In this document: piece by piece, positions 22,801 through 35,102 of the stretch | Numbering within the stretch: position 1 is the stretch's first letter | Layout of the letters: each line of letters opens with the position of its first letter | Origin: Saprolegnia diclina VS20 | Lineage: Eukaryota | Direction of reading: 5' to 3' | Length of the DNA: 53,700 bases | Assembly (NCBI RefSeq): GCF_000281045.1 | Contig: NW_008246068.1 | Span: forward strand, 518,859 to 572,558 | Program-made: the position numbers and the translations under genes | Notes under the pieces: generated by a model | Told to the model about the DNA's origin: nothing | Seen by the model: the letters and a program-made list of their open reading frames with translations, nothing else | Database searches by the model: none

Positions 22801-25792
22801 CCAACTACCGTATGTACACCACGGGAGCGACTGCGTGCTAGACGGCTGGACAATGCACCGCGACCGACGGCGCGCGCGCGTCTTCTTCTTCAACCAAGCC
22901 ACAGGAACGTACCAGTGGCACCAACCCGATCGCGTCGACGGCTGGGTCAATACACCGCCGACGATGCAAACCAAGTCCCTCGACGAGAGCGACGAGAGTG
23001 ACGACGACGACGTGGCCGAGTTATTGCAGAAAGAGCGGCTGCAAGATGTATCGCAAAAGCTCTTGCGCCGCCTTGGCAGCGTATGTACTTCCGTCGTATT
23101 GTTATTCTCATAAACGGCCTAGTGGGAAGAACATCTCGACAGCGCGACGGGCGGTCGCGTCTACTGTCACTTGGCGACGGGTCGACTAACGCGCGAAAAG
23201 CCGGACGAAGTGCTCCACGAAGAGCTCAAGCGCCAGGCCTACACGCTCTTGATCCAGTCGGCGCAATATATGGACAATGTTTGTCCATATTCCACTGTGG
23301 CCCACGTTGTGTAACAAAACCGCTAGGTCGGCGCGTGGGACAAGTACTACGACGAGACGACCAAGCACGTCTTTTACTATAACCACGGGACGGGTGAAGG
23401 CCGGCACGAGTCAGAAGGCAACGAAGCGGCGTGGCGCGGGGTAGGGTTGGCAGAGGGCCTTTATTTTCGATAGCGTCTTGATACTAGGAGGCCCAAGATC
23501 CCGCCGCGACTGCGAAACAAACACGGCGACTTCGAGACGACGAGCTCGCGAAACGCAAGGAGCAGGCCGAGTGGGCCGAAGCATTGCAGCGGGTCCACCG
23601 ACGCGACATCCACGCGACCGTACAGCGCATCGTGCCGCTGGACGAGCACGCACGCCGGTTACAGCGTCTCAGCGCGGCCATCGTGGACTCGTCAGTGCGA
23701 ATATGTAACATCCGTGTTGAACTATACTTTTAGGATCCACAACACGTACGCGACGCACTCGGTGGGGTACCGCGACGCCCGCATCGAGTCGGAGCTGCGA
23801 ACGCTGCACAAAGCGTGGACGCTCGGGCTCTTTGTCAGTCAAAACCTCGAGTTGCCGGTCGTGATGACGGGAACCCGCGAGATTGTGATGGCCATCCAAG
23901 CCGACGAAGACGAGAGTGCTGCTATCGAAGACCAGGATCGCCACCCAAGTCTCTCGGAGCGTCGCCGCGTCGAGCGTCTTGTCGAAGCGGCCATTGCGCG
24001 CCTGGACGCTCATTGTGGCCTTTGTCTCTGGGGCTGCCATACGTGGCTGCGTCTCGGACTCGAGTTGGAAGCGCACGAATACGACGACTGCCGACACCGG
24101 TGCGTAACGACGCTTCGCAAATGCAGGTCTGATGGACGTAGACTCATGCTGTGCCGACTCGGCTGCACGGTTGTGCACGAAGCGCACGAGTGGACCGCGC
24201 CCCATGGTGTCGTGACCGAGATGGTGTGGCACGAGGCCGACGAATGCGACACGCGGCTCGTGCGCTGTCCATTGGAGTGCGGTATGTGGGTCGGCTTGGA
24301 CCAGCTTGAGCTGCATACGACCGAGAAATGCGTGCGTCGCCCCGTCTCAGACCTCACGTGCCGACTCGGCTGCGGCAAGGTACTTGGCGCAACGTCCTGC
24401 ATATCTATGGAGCTTTGTGTAGCATTTTGACGGCGCCAACAACCAGATCTTGGAGCTCGAGCAAGAACGAGCGTGGCACGAGGCAGAGCACTGTTCCTTG
24501 CGCATTGTCAAGTGTGCGTGGCCAGAGTGCCACGAGACGATGCTCGCAAAAGACCGCAAACTCCACCGACGCACGCACCTCTGCGGTACAACTCACGCTC
24601 TTGATTTATAAAGCTGATGCTATCTTAGCCTCGGGCATAACCACGTTCAAGTCCGCCGGCGCGTTTGACTTTGTCGTGCCGAAAGAGGTCAAGCACATCA
24701 AAATCCAAGCGTGGGGCGGCGGTGGCGGCAGCGGACTTTTGCATGGCTTCAAGAGCGGCTACGGCGGCGGCGGCGCCTTTGTCGAAGGCATTCTCCCCGT
24801 CTTCCCCGGCGAGGTTGTCGTATGAACCATGACTGCGTGCATGATGACGTTGGTGGTAGACGCTCTTGCTTGTCGTGGGCGGAGGCGGCCAAGGTGGCGT
24901 GTTTGGTGAAACCGCGCCGAGTGACACGGAGAGTGGACTGCCGCTTCTGACGCGCGTACGTCAACTCTTTCAACAATCATGTCTGTGAAGCAAGCCTTGA
25001 TATATGCGCTTTTGTAGGCCGGCGAGGCGACGGGCGGGACCCCCGGCGGCGGCGCAGGCTACAGCGGCAACAACGAATGGGCGTGCGGGGGTGGCGGAGG
25101 CTACTCGAGCGTGACACGCAAGGGCCCTCATGGCCTCGTTCAACTACTAATTGCTGGTGGCGGAGGCGGTGGTGGCTGTCGTGACGGTCTTGGTGGCGGT
25201 GGCTTGCACGCCGAAGACCGCGGTGAGAAGAGTGACGTCCGCAACGGCCGTCTCGGCTCACAGACGCGCGGTGGCGCTGCCGGTATTCACCCTATTTTTC
25301 ATGTATTTTGCGACAAGATTGTCCATTTTAGGTCGGAGCAGCAAGGAGAACGTCGCGTGTGCGTTCCCAGCCAGTGACGGCAGTGCGTACCAAGGCGGGC
25401 ACGGCGCCGAGTTTGGCGGCGGCGGGGGTGGCGGCTTCTTTGGCGGTGGCGGCGGCGGCTTCTCCCCTGGTATCGTCGGGGGCGGCGGCGGCGGCTCCTC
25501 GAACGTTGAGAAGACGAGCTTCACCAGCATCCTCGTCGAGCGCTCGTACAAGCGCGTACCCGGTGGCCGTGAGAAACACCCACCAGCAGCAGAGCAGGGT
25601 GGCATTGCCGGCGAAGGCGGCGCAGGTGGGTAGCATGCATGCTTGCATTATCGCACATGGTTTGCACTAGGCGTATTGACGCAAACTTGCGCGGGCAACG
25701 ACGGCTGCATTCGCATTGCGATTCCAGGCTTTTACAGCGACATGGACTTTGACACGGAAGACGACCGCATGCGACTCGAGCCAGCCCCGTGA
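19896..25792 (+). CDS. Large multidomain protein: 2 EF-hands, dsRBD-like segment, ankyrin repeats, several WW domains, TRAF-type Zn fingers, C-terminal glycine-rich domain
   Basis: EF loops DADGSGAIDEAE and DTSGNGLVEWNE. Ankyrin motifs TPLQFAAKHG, TPLMFAARHG, TPLHLAA and TALHLAC. WW motifs GWTMHRD...FFFNQATGTYQWHQP and WDKYYDETTKHVFYYNHGTG. TRAF-like C..RLVRCPLEC...H...C repeats. Gly-rich IKIQAWGGGGG...GGGGGSS. Many short introns; stop at 25790-25792. Confidence 0.75.
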
Positions 25793-26175
25793 TGCCATGG
25801 TAGGTGCCTACGACTAAGGGACTAGTACAGCAGGAATCGAAACGCCATAGTGTTGAGTTGACGATCTGTGGGAGCATCATTTGATACTGGGGTTAGGGCT
25901 GCGGTTAGGGTTCATGCAGTGGTTGACTGAGAGCGTTCGCACAAGCTACAAAGTGCAGTCTAACCGAGCCAGTGCTCCATTCATCCTCCTTCTCACAAAG
26001 CGTCTCAGCGCCAACGGACGCGCCAACTTACTGCCACCTTGCGTCTTCCTTCACAGCGCAATCGCTAACCGAATCCAACCGGATGCTGGTTAAGTGCGGT
26101 TGTTTTAGCCACTCTGTAAGTACGAATATCGTACTTACGAATTGAATTTGGCGCCGCTTCAAGATCGCAAGTCGC

Positions 26176-29100
26176 ATGGACACCGTGCTCGTGGCCGCGG
26201 AAGAGCTCTACCTCCTCAACCAGCGCTTCACGTTGGCGCGCGTCCAGCGCGTCTACGAGATGTATCGGCGCTACGTCAACCCACACGTGACGGACGGCGG
26301 CTACGCACTCACGCTGGACGAGGTGCTCTTCGTGCTCGAGATCCCTTCCGACGACGACGAGGTCGAGGTCCGCGCCTTCTTTGAGCGCATGATGGAGCGC
26401 AGCACGACCGAGGCGCGCGATGCGATGGACATGCTTGAGTTTCTCGTTGCGTTCACGCTGCTAAGCCGCGGAACTCTCCGCGCCAAGGCCCACTTCCTCT
26501 TTGTCCTTTTCGACTTTGACGTCGAGGACGAGATCGACCAAGAAGAGCTTAGCCTTCTCATGACGCTTGCGACGAGCGGCTTGCACAAGCTAGGGCTTGT
26601 AGAGGAATTGCCGACGTTCGACGCCATCACGCAGATGAGTGCCGATGGCTTTGCCCGCCACGGCGTCGCTGCTGGTGCCAAAATGAACTTCAACCAGTTC
26701 CTGGACTGGGCGACGTTCCACGCCGACCCGCAGTCGCTTCTGCAGCGATTCACGTACGGTATTCACTGTCTCACGATCATCAATATGCTTTTGATTAGAT
26801 GTGCGCTCCGACTGCACCATCTAGTGCACGGCTTGAGCCGCCTCGCCCACCGACAAGTGGACCCGTACTACCGGTACCAGTTGGCGCTGCAGACGCCGTC
26901 GCCGCCCCTTGACGCTGTCCGCGTGCTCTGCGGCCCGATCGTCGGCCAGGTACGCGGTAGCGTCAGACAGTGCTGAGCGAGCGACAGGTGTCGGATACGA
27001 CCATCGACGTCCTGTACGAGTTTTCGACGGCGGCCACCGGTGGGTCTTCCTTGAGCTGCATCGACTTTGTGAGAGCCATCTGTGGCTAGTTACCTTTTAC
27101 GCCTTTGAAGACAAAGCCGTCGTCGACCCTCATTGCCCGCCAACCGACACGGCGTCCCGCAGGTTGCGTCTTGCAGAGTCTCATGTCCTCACTGTCGCGG
27201 AGCATGAGCCTGTGCTGGTGGCGTTCACAGCGCTCACGCCCGGCGCCACGTACTTGATCGGGCTCACAGGCGTTGCAACCGGCGATGCCAACACACGAAC
27301 TGCCCGCGTCGCGACGCAGCCGCCCACTGTAACTACACTGCGTATCACAGTGCTCAATCACTTGGGGCCAACGCTGCTGCCGTCCCACGATGCTCTCTCG
27401 ATGGCGACGGCCAGCGAGCTCTCGGCGGCCACGACGTCGCCCCGGCTAATGCTTCACTGGCACTTTGGTAAACTCAACATCATCGTTGGCTGCACGAACG
27501 AAGGGTGTAGGTACCTTCTCGCCCGAAATGATCCTGCACGCCCTCGACCTCCTCGACCTCCAAAATGTACACATTTCAGAGCTTTGGCGGTTGGTGCCAA
27601 ATACGTTAACGTGTAGTTGGCGTCCGTCCAAAGCACGACGGACGCGATCCAGTGCCATTGTCGTCAGGTGTGGGCACCCCTCGACGACGTTGCCTCAACC
27701 GCTTCAAACCTCGTTCTCACTGGATGGAAGGATGCCCTCTACGGCGGCTTTGACGACTCGCATATGTCACAGCTCAAGACACTGCCACAAGCCTCCCGTA
27801 CTTGGCTCGAGACCTGCGTTCAGGCTATGTGGACGAGATATGTCACCGCACTCTATCCGCCGACGACAGAGTCTTCGAACGACGAGCTCGCACTGTACCG
27901 TCGCGGCCCCATCGCGCTGATATACGTACCGCCGACACTTACCAGCACCGACACCCTTCAGCACCTTTTACGTGCCACGACATCGTCGGTTTGCGTGGTG
28001 CTAACGACATCGCCGCTGTTCCCTCTGGAGGAAGCGCCGCAACACCCTGCGTCGACCAGTCGTCATCTTGGCGCCTTGTCGTCCTGGCTTCTTCAAGGTT
28101 CCTCAAGGCGGCTCGTATTGCTGGCGCCCACCCACGGCGCGGGGGCAACATCGACCGTTCATGTCAAGGGAACATCCTACTCGTTTCAGCAGCTATTATG
28201 CGGTGCACTGCGACAACGGCGGCCACTCGGACAGCTTATGGACGGGTACCCAGCGTACGACGTCAACAAGTATACTGTCGAGCACACGTCGTCCCACTGG
28301 GAGACACATTTCGGGCAGCTGGAAGTCCAAGTAGATGTACGTGGTCCGTTCATTGGGCAGTATACCGGATGCTGGTTGTAGGCAACGGTCGACGTTGCTG
28401 CACACTGCATTGCGACTGCGCGGTGGGCTATATCACCGCGAATCGTGGTACTTGTCACCATGTTTGCGTGCGCCACGGCTCCCTGTCTTGGCTTAGGTAG
28501 GTCCCGTTGTCGGGCTCGTCACGGCGCGGAGCGCCCAGCTTTTGATTGAGCTTGACGCCGACGCGGTGGTTCTTGGCGAGGCCATCGACATTGTGACGCA
28601 GGCGCGGTGCGTAGCGTTGGTTTCCGAGCTTCCTCATTCACGCTAGGTACGTCTGCCGCGAACGACTCTATCGCGCCGAGCCCGCGGTGTTGACGTTTGA
28701 CCATCTGCAGCCGCAACGGCGGTATCGTGTGACACTGCAGGCAAGAACGTGCCGCCTCGCCTGTTGTCACGAAGTGTAGGGGCTGCGCTGCGCATCGCCC
28801 ATCTATGTTCAGACGCCGCACGAGCGAGCGCCGTCATTGCACGTCACGTGGGTGGGCGGGGACGATGCCTTTGAGAACCGGGCCTTCCAGCCGGTGGATT
28901 CGTTTTGGCCCGATTACCGCGAAAGCATGACGTTGTGGCCGACCACGGACATTACGGTGCTCCTCCATCGAACGTCGCTGAGCCTCGCGTCGATATGCGC
29001 AGCGATGGCACACTGGCGTGGCGCGCCGACGACGGCCGAAAGCGTCGTCAAGCAGTTGTTTCGAGCGACATTTGTCACGCAGTGGAATGCGCAAGACAAC

Positions 29101-32100
29101 GCGGCTGTCTTGGCGCATGGCAGCCACTGTTTTTTAGGGACCGGCTACGACTGGAGTGCTGTCAACGAGCCGATCAGCCGCGACGTGGTCGTGTGGGCGC
29201 GCCAAGTCGCCTTTGCCTACCAGCGCCACGGTCTCTGGCCGACGCTCGACCCGTTGCGCCGGTATGGCTACCACTGCCAAGACGGCATCGGGTTCTTGCA
29301 CCTCGATGTGCTCGAGCATTGTTTGGCGAATGCCGACATCTACCTTCAAAATGTACGCAATTGTCGATGGCATCATCCAACTCAATTCGACTAGACGCCC
29401 GAGTTTTTGAGTCCCACTCAATGGCAGCTCGTTGAATGTGTGCTCACGCAGGTTGTGGGCCTCTGCTGCACCGTCATTTCATGCAGCTCGCCGATCGTGT
29501 GGCATCAACATCGCCACGAGGTGCCTTCTTCTCGCTACCTCGGGCTCGAGTGGGTTCTCTACCCAACCGAGCAACAGCGGCTATTGACCCTGGCTTTTGC
29601 ATGGAAAGCAGCGGTAGATAACCTGTTGTGCTCACGAACGGGGATCATGCGTTCACTGTAGGTGCCGGGGCGCGACCTCATCTTTGTCTGTGCGGGGCCT
29701 CAAAGTGCGACGACCACGCTCGTACACGCAGGCGTCTCGGTGACGCAAGTTGTCGTCGGTCCTGTCGCTTGCGTAGTCGAGGACCTTCCAACGCTGCCCA
29801 ATACGACGGGCGCGCTCTGCGACGGCACAGTGGCCTTTACTCACGTCTTTGGCGCGTCACCCGAGTATGCGAGCACGATCTTGACGCCGCATGCGACGCA
29901 AGCGCGGTGGCGACTCCACCGACATCAGCTGGCGCAGCCCAACGCCAAGGTGATGTCCTCGATCCTACCGTCATCTTGTAAATGGCGCGTGTAGATTCTT
30001 GTCGGCCCCGTGCTCGGCAAACTCACACCGACATCAATTCGAATCCTCATCGAAGTCGACCGGGATGTTGAAGCGTGCGTCTGCGTGTGCACCACACCAC
30101 TCGCGACCGACCGGTACGCCACACAAGTACACATGTGTCAAGTTGAACCAAACTAGCATCACGGCGACGTGTGCGCTTCGAGCCTACACCCCGCTCGCCT
30201 TTTCGCTCGTGGAGCTCACACCCGCGACCGAGTACATTGTCACGTTCGAGGTACTTGCTACGGGTTCTTTGGTCGTGCGGTGACCAGGGTTAGGGTATCG
30301 CACCAGCGTCGGTCGTGACCCGCTTCACGACGCCTGCCACGACGCCATATGCCTTTTCGATGCTCGCCGTCCACGACACCAACTGGCAAACCGTGTTGAC
30401 GCGGTCGGCGGCTAGCACGGCAATGTTGTCGACATCATCATGGGCAGACATCTTGCGCAGTCGGTCCATCAACGCTACAGAGGCGGCGGCGACGGCCCAT
30501 ACCAACGGCGACATCCTCGGCGTCGACGGCGCCACCAACCTCTGGCAGCGCGCCGACGTCGACCATACATCGGCGCCGCTTCGAAAGCCGATCGTACTTG
30601 TACACAACGGCGGCCACGTCAACTTGCGCGCCGCCTTTAGCGATGCTGAAGTAACGACTATCGGTCTTGGATGCAATCACACAAAAGTGGTTTGTAGTTG
30701 GCGACCATTGTCATGCGGCTTGTGGCGATGGACGAAGCGCACTGGGCGTCGGTGCTCCCCGAGGTACGCGGTCCGTCGTGACTCGGTTCATTTGCTTTTT
30801 GTAGCTTCAGCACGCGATGCAAGAAGCCTACCGCGTCCAGTGGAACATTCCGCCGTTTCGAGACGCTCTGCGCAACTGCAGCAATGTCATGCTCTTTGAC
30901 GAGATGGATTTGTACTTTCGCTTGTCGGTGATCGAAGGGCGGCTCGACGAGACGCTGGACGCAGCCAAGGCGGCGCGGGTCGGCTCGCACTTGAACATGC
31001 AGTGCTGATAGGGAGCGTAGGTGCTTCAGCTGCTCCGGGACACTGCGTACAACGTCTGGCTGCTCTACGCCAACCAGCTGGCAACAGACGTCAACCCACC
31101 CGAGTCGCTCACAGCAACACGGACTTCCATGTTTGCCAGCTACGGCCAGTGTACACTCGTCGTGCTCAACCAGCACGCCACACCCAAGGAGGCTACAGCG
31201 GCAGCTCCAGTCCCCAAGTCGAGTGACATTGACCTCTCCAAGGTGACGCAAACCAATAACTTGCTGCCGCCTGGCGCGTGGCTGACGCTGGACGACGCGC
31301 TCCTCTACGCCAAGCAAGGCTGCAAGGTGCTTCTCGTGGTTCTCGCTTTTGACGCGCTTGAAGTTGCGCTCAATCCCCTCTACCTTGTCGGTGTCAACCG
31401 GCTGTTTGAGAAGCTCTTTGAGTGGAAGAACCAGGCGCCAGGAGCCGACCGCGAGCTACACCTCGTGACGCTGGGCCCTGCGCTCACAACGTACCTCGTC
31501 ACTGACCAGCGGAGCCAAGGTGTTTGTGGGTTGCAACAGCTCGCGTCGATCTCTACGCCGACACGCGCGTCGTCGACGCCGCTGTACCCACCGAGCGGCG
31601 CCATCACCAAGAGGTTTCTGTATGCCAAGCAAGGTACATCTACTCACTAGTTGAACCTACGTATACGAGTGGTGGTAGGCAATGACGCCGCGGACGCGAC
31701 CCAGAGCTTTGTGTCGTTTGCGTATTTTTCAGACCTGGATCGTGTCCAGTGTCACATGCAGCCTGTCGTTGAGCCCTACAACATCCCGTGCAAAGCGCTG
31801 GTGCGTCTCTGCTCTCTATCGATCGAGTCATGGACCACTCACGACGGCCGTAGCTCGGGCCTGTTCTCGGTCGGCTCCGTGTGGTCCAAGACCGCGAGAC
31901 CGACAAGTACTCTGTGACAGCGATGCTGCTCCTCGAAGTCAATGCCGCCCGCGCCATTACGTGCATTGTCCTCGACATTCTCTCGGGCGACGAGTACGAG
32001 CACGCTCGTTTCCGGTACCGACCAACTACCGTTGTGTAGGCAGCGGGTGACGCAAGAGCTACAGGCGTACACGCCCTCGGTCTTTCTCTTGGCGACCCTC

Positions 32101-34750
32101 GACGTCGATCGGCGCTACACCTACCGTTTTGAAGTACGTTGTTCAAATGTTGCGTTTGGTAAGCTCCTAGGGGTAGGGTCTCGACGACGAGACGCGATGT
32201 GGGACGTTTCACACCCCGTCCGAGCACACTAGTGTCCTCAACATGGTTGCTGTGAGTTCAAATCTCATCCAGTTTCGGGATCCGGCCGTCGTGAACTCGT
32301 GGGACCTGCTCTTGCAACGGTAGACAGTGGGAACACGATGTATTCTCATTAACTCTAGGCTTCGTGTGCCGTGGCACGGTCTCGATGTGCTGCTGCACGT
32401 TGGCGGCCAAGTGCCACTTCAAGAAGCCGCCGCCGAGTGTACCCACTGGCTCCAAGACGAGTGCGACCGTACGATCCAGAGCCGATACCCTTATGACAGG
32501 CGCGGCTGTAGGACGCCCCATGGACACATTAGCGCAGGTGGTGGCGACACTGCGTCCGCGATTGCGCCGTCGGTTCCAGCAAGAGTACTGGGCAGCGTGG
32601 AACGTGCCGCACTTCCGCCACGTCCTTGCGTGCATTAGCAACTGGATGGTCCGCGGGCAAGCCGACGTGGCGACGACGTACGGCCGGTCGCCCGACTTGC
32701 TGCTCAAAGAAGATATGAGCCTGCGAACGCTCGAAATCTTGAGCTACATCCACGAGATCGCCATGGACGTGTGGCGAGCGTACCAAGGTGCTTTGGGCTG
32801 GGGCCCCGACGCCTCGGACGCGGACGAACCACAAGGGAGTATCGCCGAGTCCCATGTGACGACGCCGGACCTTCCGCTCTATTATGCGCTTCGGCTCGAG
32901 CACATTGGTGTGTTTGTGTTTGACCTGCGAAGCACGCGTGTTGGTGATGTCATTTCGTGCAACGGACGCCTCTCGACGCCACTGCCACCGACGGTACGCG
33001 CCACCATCGACGACCGGCTACCACGTACTAGGGAGTAGGCGCGACCGACGATTAGCGAGGCCCAGTGGCTGGCCTTTGAGGTACAGATTTGCAATGATGT
33101 TACCTTGCTCTCGGTCGACAATACATAGACCTTGCTTCGAAAGAAGAGCGTCCGGGCGTTGATCCTCGTCATGGAGTTTCCGCTGCTGCTGACGACCCCG
33201 AAGAGTGCGCCATTGACAGCCGCCCGGCCGCTGTTGTACAACGCGCTGGACCTGCAGGCGCACTGGGTGGCATGTCCGTCGCAGCTGGGCCAGCTCCTTT
33301 CGCTGCTCTTCAAGTGGAAGGAGAAGATCGACGGTCGGGACGTGGCAGTGCTCAGTGGCAACATGGGCTTTGGTCTCGAGACGACAATCAAAGACAAAAC
33401 CTCGACGTTTGAGCTGCACAACTACACGACCGGACCGATCACATCGACGGTGCAGCCGTTCCCGTTTACGGATCGTGGTACGTTTGAGAAACGTTTTGAG
33501 TTTGAGCAGCGCTTTGTGTCGCCGCTGCCGAACTACGTGCTCTTGGAAGTGGCCATTGAGTCGCACGTGGTCGACGCGGCCGTGACGCTGACGTACGCGT
33601 CGTTGATCGGTGACGTGCTCGATTCGGCCAACGCGAGGGTGCTGCATGCGCCGACGCGCCTCCGTCGACGTCCGCCGTGGTGGCGCCGCTACTGCCTCCA
33701 GGACGAGCGAGCGTTCTGGACCACGATCGTCGTCAACAGCGTCGAGAGCCAATCCATCCTTGCCACGTACCTTGCCGACGACAAGGCGTACCTCAATGCG
33801 ACCAAGCGCTGGTACACCAAGTACAACTTTGTCGATACCACGCGCCTCGCCGACCTCCAGAGCAGCTCCACCAGCGTACGTTGTCCAATTTTATAGACAA
33901 TATTGTCCATACGAGCGTATGTAGCCCGAGACGCTGCTCGCGAGCTTGCACGACGTCGCCAAAGATATGTGGGCAACGTTCCCTCCCGCCATCAAAGCCG
34001 TAGCCACCGATGACCTTTCCTGTTCGCTGATACCGCGTGGGCTGCCGTAGACGGTCGCCGTGCTCAGCGATGTGTTTGTGGTCGATCTCGCTCTCGAACA
34101 ACTCCAGCTCGACCTCAGGTGCGTCGACTTCAACCTGCAGCCCCTTGTACAAAGTCGCGCGTAGCGGTCCCATTGACGTCGAGAGGTTCCGCGCCATTTG
34201 CACGGGGCTTGCCAAAGGCGCGTGCGCGCTCAAGGCGGCGGCGACGTTGGCGGCCGAAGACGCAGCGATTGCATACGAGGCCGACCGGTTGGCCAAGCTC
34301 GAGCAGCAACGGACGTCGGCGGCAGCGACCGAAAAGGCGGCCGCCGATGCGGCCGCGGACGCCGTTGCGATGGCGGCGCTGCAGAAAGCCAACCTCCTCG
34401 AGTACGCCCAAGAAATGAACAAGCGCGAGAAGGACCGGCTGGAGAAGGAGGCGGCCGACAAGGCGACGGCCAAAGCCGCCAAGCGCGCCGCCCGCGAAGC
34501 CGAGAAGCTCCATCACCACGACGACGACGTGGCGCTGCACAAGGAGAAGAAGGCGCTTGCAGCGCTCAAGGGTCGGCTCGAGACGCACTACGCATCGTTG
34601 GGGCAGACGCCCGAGTACGAAGCCATGGAGATCGAGTGTGGCCGGCGGACGCGCGAAGTGCATTTGCTGCAGCAGCGACGGGACGAGTCCAAGGCCCGCG
34701 ATGCCAAGACCAAGACCAAGCCAACTGCAGAGACGAAGGGATCGACGTAG
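26176..34750 (+). CDS. Giant protein: calcineurin-B/recoverin-like EF-hand N-terminus, four tandem degenerate PhoD (alkaline phosphatase D)-like modules, C-terminal coiled coil
   Basis: N-terminal 'EFLVAFTLLSRGTLRAKAHFLFVLFDFDVEDEIDQEEL'. Four modules each open with xGPxxG (CGPIVG, VGPVVG, VGPVLG, LGPVLG) and carry 'LLH....(Y/F)xxxW.P....L...SN.M' blocks. Ala/Lys/Glu-rich tail in ORF 34037-34750. The single-gene model is inferred from in-frame intron joins, not all of which were checked. Confidence 0.65.
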
Positions 34751-34759
34751 ACGCATTAT

Positions 34760-35102
34760 CTATCTCGCCTGCTCGTTGTGGAGCGCTTCGCACTCGTCAA
34801 TCCAGTCGGTGTACACGTCAATGGGTTCGCTCAAATCTAAGGGCGCATGAGATGGCAGGATGGCAGCCAGAACGTACAATTGATGTTGGTCTGGAACGAC
34901 TCGCTGCAGACGCGGCAAGAGAGATGGCCAATGTTGCGGTCGCGGTCCCTACATGGCGTTAGCAGCGGCAAAAGGACGGTGGGCCGTACATCTTGCACTC
35001 GACGCTCTCGTCATGCGAGCAGAACGGGCACTTGAAGACGCGGCTCACGACCTGCTTCTTGCGCGTCACGATCTTCTTGGTCGACTTCTTGCGGCGGCCC
35101 AT
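34760..35102 (-). CDS. ELF1: Transcription elongation factor 1 homolog (Zn ribbon)
   Basis: Three exons give MGRRKKSTKKIVTRKKQVVSRVFKCPFCSHDESVECKMDRDRNIGHLSCRVCSESFQTNINYLSEPIDVYTDWIDECEALHNEQAR*, the Elf1/ELOF1 signature. Confidence 0.96.

Noticed and set aside
25410..25500. GGC-rich tandem runs resembling a repeat array
   Set aside because: Coding polyglycine of the Gly-rich domain. There is no repeat-spacer structure, so it is not CRISPR-like.
25889..25912. Two TTAGGG telomere-like units (also one at about 30290)
   Set aside because: Only two interrupted copies, and the 30290 copy is simply an intron acceptor. Too short for an interstitial telomere; a telo-box role cannot be supported.
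19896..34750. Frequent in-frame stops suggesting recoding, an alternative genetic code or pseudogenes
   Set aside because: At every junction I checked, the stops fall inside short GT-AG (once GC-AG) introns whose removal restores the frame. No readthrough or selenocysteine is needed.
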